Positions 62,201 to 64,000 of a DNA stretch of 64,000 nt are shown one piece after another. The DNA comes from Paraspadella gotoi (Eukaryota > Animalia > Chaetognatha), in NCBI GenBank assembly GCA_051294375.1, contig CM119268.1, positions 8,613,008-8,677,007 of the forward strand, written 5' to 3'. The position numbers and the translations under genes are program-made. Below the pieces are notes generated by a model that saw nothing but the letters and a program-made list of their open reading frames with translations, had not been told where the DNA came from and ran no database searches. The first letter of the stretch is position 1. Every line of letters begins with the position of its first letter.

Positions 62201-64000
62201 ATTTACATAATATTTATATAAACATTTTAACTTTTTTAATTTGTTTTTTGTTTATTTTAGAGTCATGATTTTGGCAGCATGATTAATAAGTGATGAGCAG
62301 ATGATTTGATTTCTATGTACAAGTAAAATGAAAAAAAAACATATTTAGTGTTTAAGCACTGATTTTCTGTCTCCCCTAAAGATCAGATCTGCTCAAATCT
62401 AAAAACATGTTCTCTCCAGAATTATTTTGCTTTCATTTAATCTTACTAGCAAATAAATTACTATCAAATATTAATGGTTGTTAATATTTTAGTTGTCCGA
62501 GGCCTGGAGTGAAAGAATGCTACTTTGCAGACAACAATAACTGCAATGGTTTCTTCCATTGCATAAATGGAGTAGCATACAAAAAGAAGTGTCCTGAAGA
62601 TTTACGATACTCAATTATGAAAGCACAATGTGATTGGCCACAAAATGTACAATGTAATAACAGGCGTATTACAGTACAACCATCTGCTACTGCATCTAGT
62701 CAAGCAAAATGTACCTGTCCAGGAGGAAAAAACGAATGTTATTCTGTTGATATGACCTCATGCAATAGATTCATTCAATGTTCCAATGGTACTCAATATA
62801 AAAAAAATTGTCCTGGAAGTTTACGCTGGAACACAGTAAAAAATTTCTGTGATTGGCCAACTTCTACTAATTGCGGAAATAGGTAATTAAAATTGTGGGT
62901 TCTATCATTCTTATATAATTATATAATATTATATTAAAAATCTTTTTTTTTCAATTAAAATGTTTTAGCTTTAACTGTTGTAAAAGTTTATTTTTTAAAA
63001 CCTTATTGTTGAAGATAATTTATCTTTTTTTCAGACCAATTACTGTAAGACCTGACAGTTCAAATATGGGTAGTGCATCTGGTAATCAATGTTCTTGCCA
63101 AGGTGGTGCAAAAGAGTGTTATATGGCAGATCAGGGAAATTGTAATGGTTTCTTTGTCTGTTCTGGAGGAAATAAATTTAAGAAAAGATGTCCTGGAATA
63201 TTGCGTTGGTCTACTATCAAAAACCATTGTGAATGGCCCAATTCTGTTCAGTGTGGCTCAAGACCTGTTACTGCACGAGAAACTCCTGGAGGAGCTAAAA
63301 CATGTAATTGCCCTTCCGGGAAATCTGAATGTTTTTATGAAGGTAAATATCTCGTAAGTCTATTTTAATTATTGATTAACACAAAATTACCAGTAATTTT
63401 TTTTTATAAATTTCTAGATAAATCTTCTTGCAACAAGTTTTATCAGTGTTCAAATGGAACAGCATTTTCTAAACAATGCGCTGATGGTCTAGTATGGAAT
63501 CCAATGAAAAATGAATGTGATTGGGTTGAATTTACTAATTGTGGAAATCGGCCTATCACTATAAGACCAAGTGGAGGTTCCAATAGCATGTCAGCATCAT
63601 GCAGTTGTGATGGAAATAAAAAATCATGTTATCAAATGAATCCTTCAACTTGCAACGGGTTCATTCACTGTTCTAGTGGTAGAAAATATGAAAAATTATG
63701 CCCAGGTATAACAATGATTTTCAATGCCTGATTTGTTTTGATCATTTTTAATCCTTGTCTTGGGTTTTGTTGCAGGCGGTTTAGTGTGGAACATCATGAA
63801 AAATAAATGCGATTGGCCAAAGGATGTGCAGTGTGGTAATAGACCGATTACTGTTCGATTTAATGGAACATCAGCTGGAGGAACCTCTGGAGGAAGCAAT
63901 AGCGGTTCAAGTGGCAGCTGGGGAACAAACAATAGTGGGGGATCTTCCGGATCATGGGGGAGTAATACAGGTGGAAGTTCTGGTGGATCCTGGGGAAGCA
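36918..64000 (+). CDS. Giant secreted multi-domain chitin-binding protein (peritrophin-A/CBM14-like, >=31 domains), 3' end beyond window
   Basis: Exon 36918-36960 (MHKSVLTLAALLSL, GTAAGT donor) joins 42902-42985 (GWPPPARS|DMGM..) to form a signal peptide. Exons 43368-43446, 43633-43922, 44427-44520, 44931-45075 and the start of 45202-45497 give three 6-Cys CBM14 domains. G/M/S-rich exons follow (45202-45497, ~45650-45784, 46270-46932), then mini-exons 47979-49698, then dozens of exons 49773-64000 encoding tandem Cys repeats. I could not reconcile the phase of one junction near 44520-44930. Confidence 0.88.
39201..39490. other. Assembly gaps (39201-39407 and 39481-39490)
   Basis: Runs of N inside the first intron of the chitin-binding gene. 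Confidence 1.
45941..46235. repeat. ~77-bp AT-rich tandem repeat x4 (intronic)
   Basis: Unit aaatttagttattatttgctttgtataagaaagcatcaataaagtattattatttattatatg.. starting at ~45941, 46018, 46094, 46171. Confidence 0.9.
46270..46932 (+). CDS. Gly/Ser/Met-rich repetitive exon of the chitin-binding protein
   Basis: 663-bp phase 1-1 exon of GMSSGS hexapeptides. Includes a 72-bp unit (GFGMSGGSGMSSGSGMTSGSGTSN) x3 from 46542, with synonymous third-position variation. Confidence 0.85.
47979..49392 (+). CDS. Array of 11 symmetric phase-1 mini-exons encoding GS-x-W-N-S-G repeats
   Basis: Exons 47979-48035, 48107-48154, 48235-48327, 48398-48445, 48537-48581, 48662-48697, 48768-48815, 48907-48954, 49033-49077, 49146-49187, 49318-49392. 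All are AG/GT bounded, 36-93 bp, multiples of 3 and stop-free. Confidence 0.88.
49773..63850 (+). CDS. 28 tandem 8-cysteine chitin-binding type-2-like repeats (multi-exon)
   Basis: Recurring CxC-P-xxx-KECY..D..SCNKF.HC.NG....K.CP.GL.W...K..CDWP....CG.RPIT. I counted 28 C-[DENG]-W motifs between ~50106 and ~63808. Confidence 0.92.
52196..52231 (+). ncRNA. Decayed hammerhead/Penelope-like remnant
   Basis: ctgatgaagggg...ttgaagcatgtc followed by aaataag. The GAAA core and stem II are mutated, so it is probably inactive. Confidence 0.45.
54410..54745 (+). mobile_element. Helentron/HINE (DINE-1-like) non-autonomous element, intronic
   Basis: 11-bp subterminal inverted repeat GTTGCGCCGCA (54433-54443) / TGCGGCGCAAC (54729-54739), (GACC/GACA)n tract, and a 3' stem-loop after aaagtgattaatagagttgc. 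Boundaries approximate. Confidence 0.6.
57600..58676 (+). mobile_element. Helentron/HINE-like non-autonomous element with internal tandem repeats, intronic
   Basis: Subterminal IR GTCGGATCTGC (57622-57632) / GCAGATCTGAC (58660-58670), internal ~18-bp (aacttgcaccattttttt)n array at ~57800-58115, ACAG/GACC tracts, and 3' aaagtgaattatagaatc plus hairpin like the 54410 element. Confidence 0.6.

Overview
Eukaryotic (invertebrate-metazoan-like) genomic scaffold: AT-rich, with GT-AG introns, dense microsatellites and three N gaps. Most ORF-track entries are microsatellite artefacts. Supported content: (1) the last five exons of an ABCB-type ABC transporter (+, 278-3969); (2) a myophilin/transgelin-like calponin-homology gene on the minus strand (exon 1 24715-24762, exon 2 6147-6292), whose 18.4-kb first intron hosts three opposite-strand orphan single-pass membrane protein genes with (GTC)n-encoded Val-rich TM helices, and whose next intron probably hosts the ABC gene; (3) a giant secreted chitin-binding protein gene (+, 36918 to beyond 64000) with 3 ordinary CBM14 domains, a Gly/Met/Ser block, 11 symmetric Trp-containing mini-exons and 28 tandem 8-Cys CBM14-variant repeats; (4) mobile DNA: minimal hammerhead ribozymes of Penelope-like type (four intact, one decayed), a tiny LTR element with tRNA-derived Pol III boxes in its LTRs plus a solo LTR, a hAT-type MITE, foldback elements and Helentron/HINE-like inserts; (5) a 2 x 5.5-kb inverted duplication centred on a 25-N gap, probably an assembly artefact. 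All exon joins and counts were made by eye; no database searches were run.
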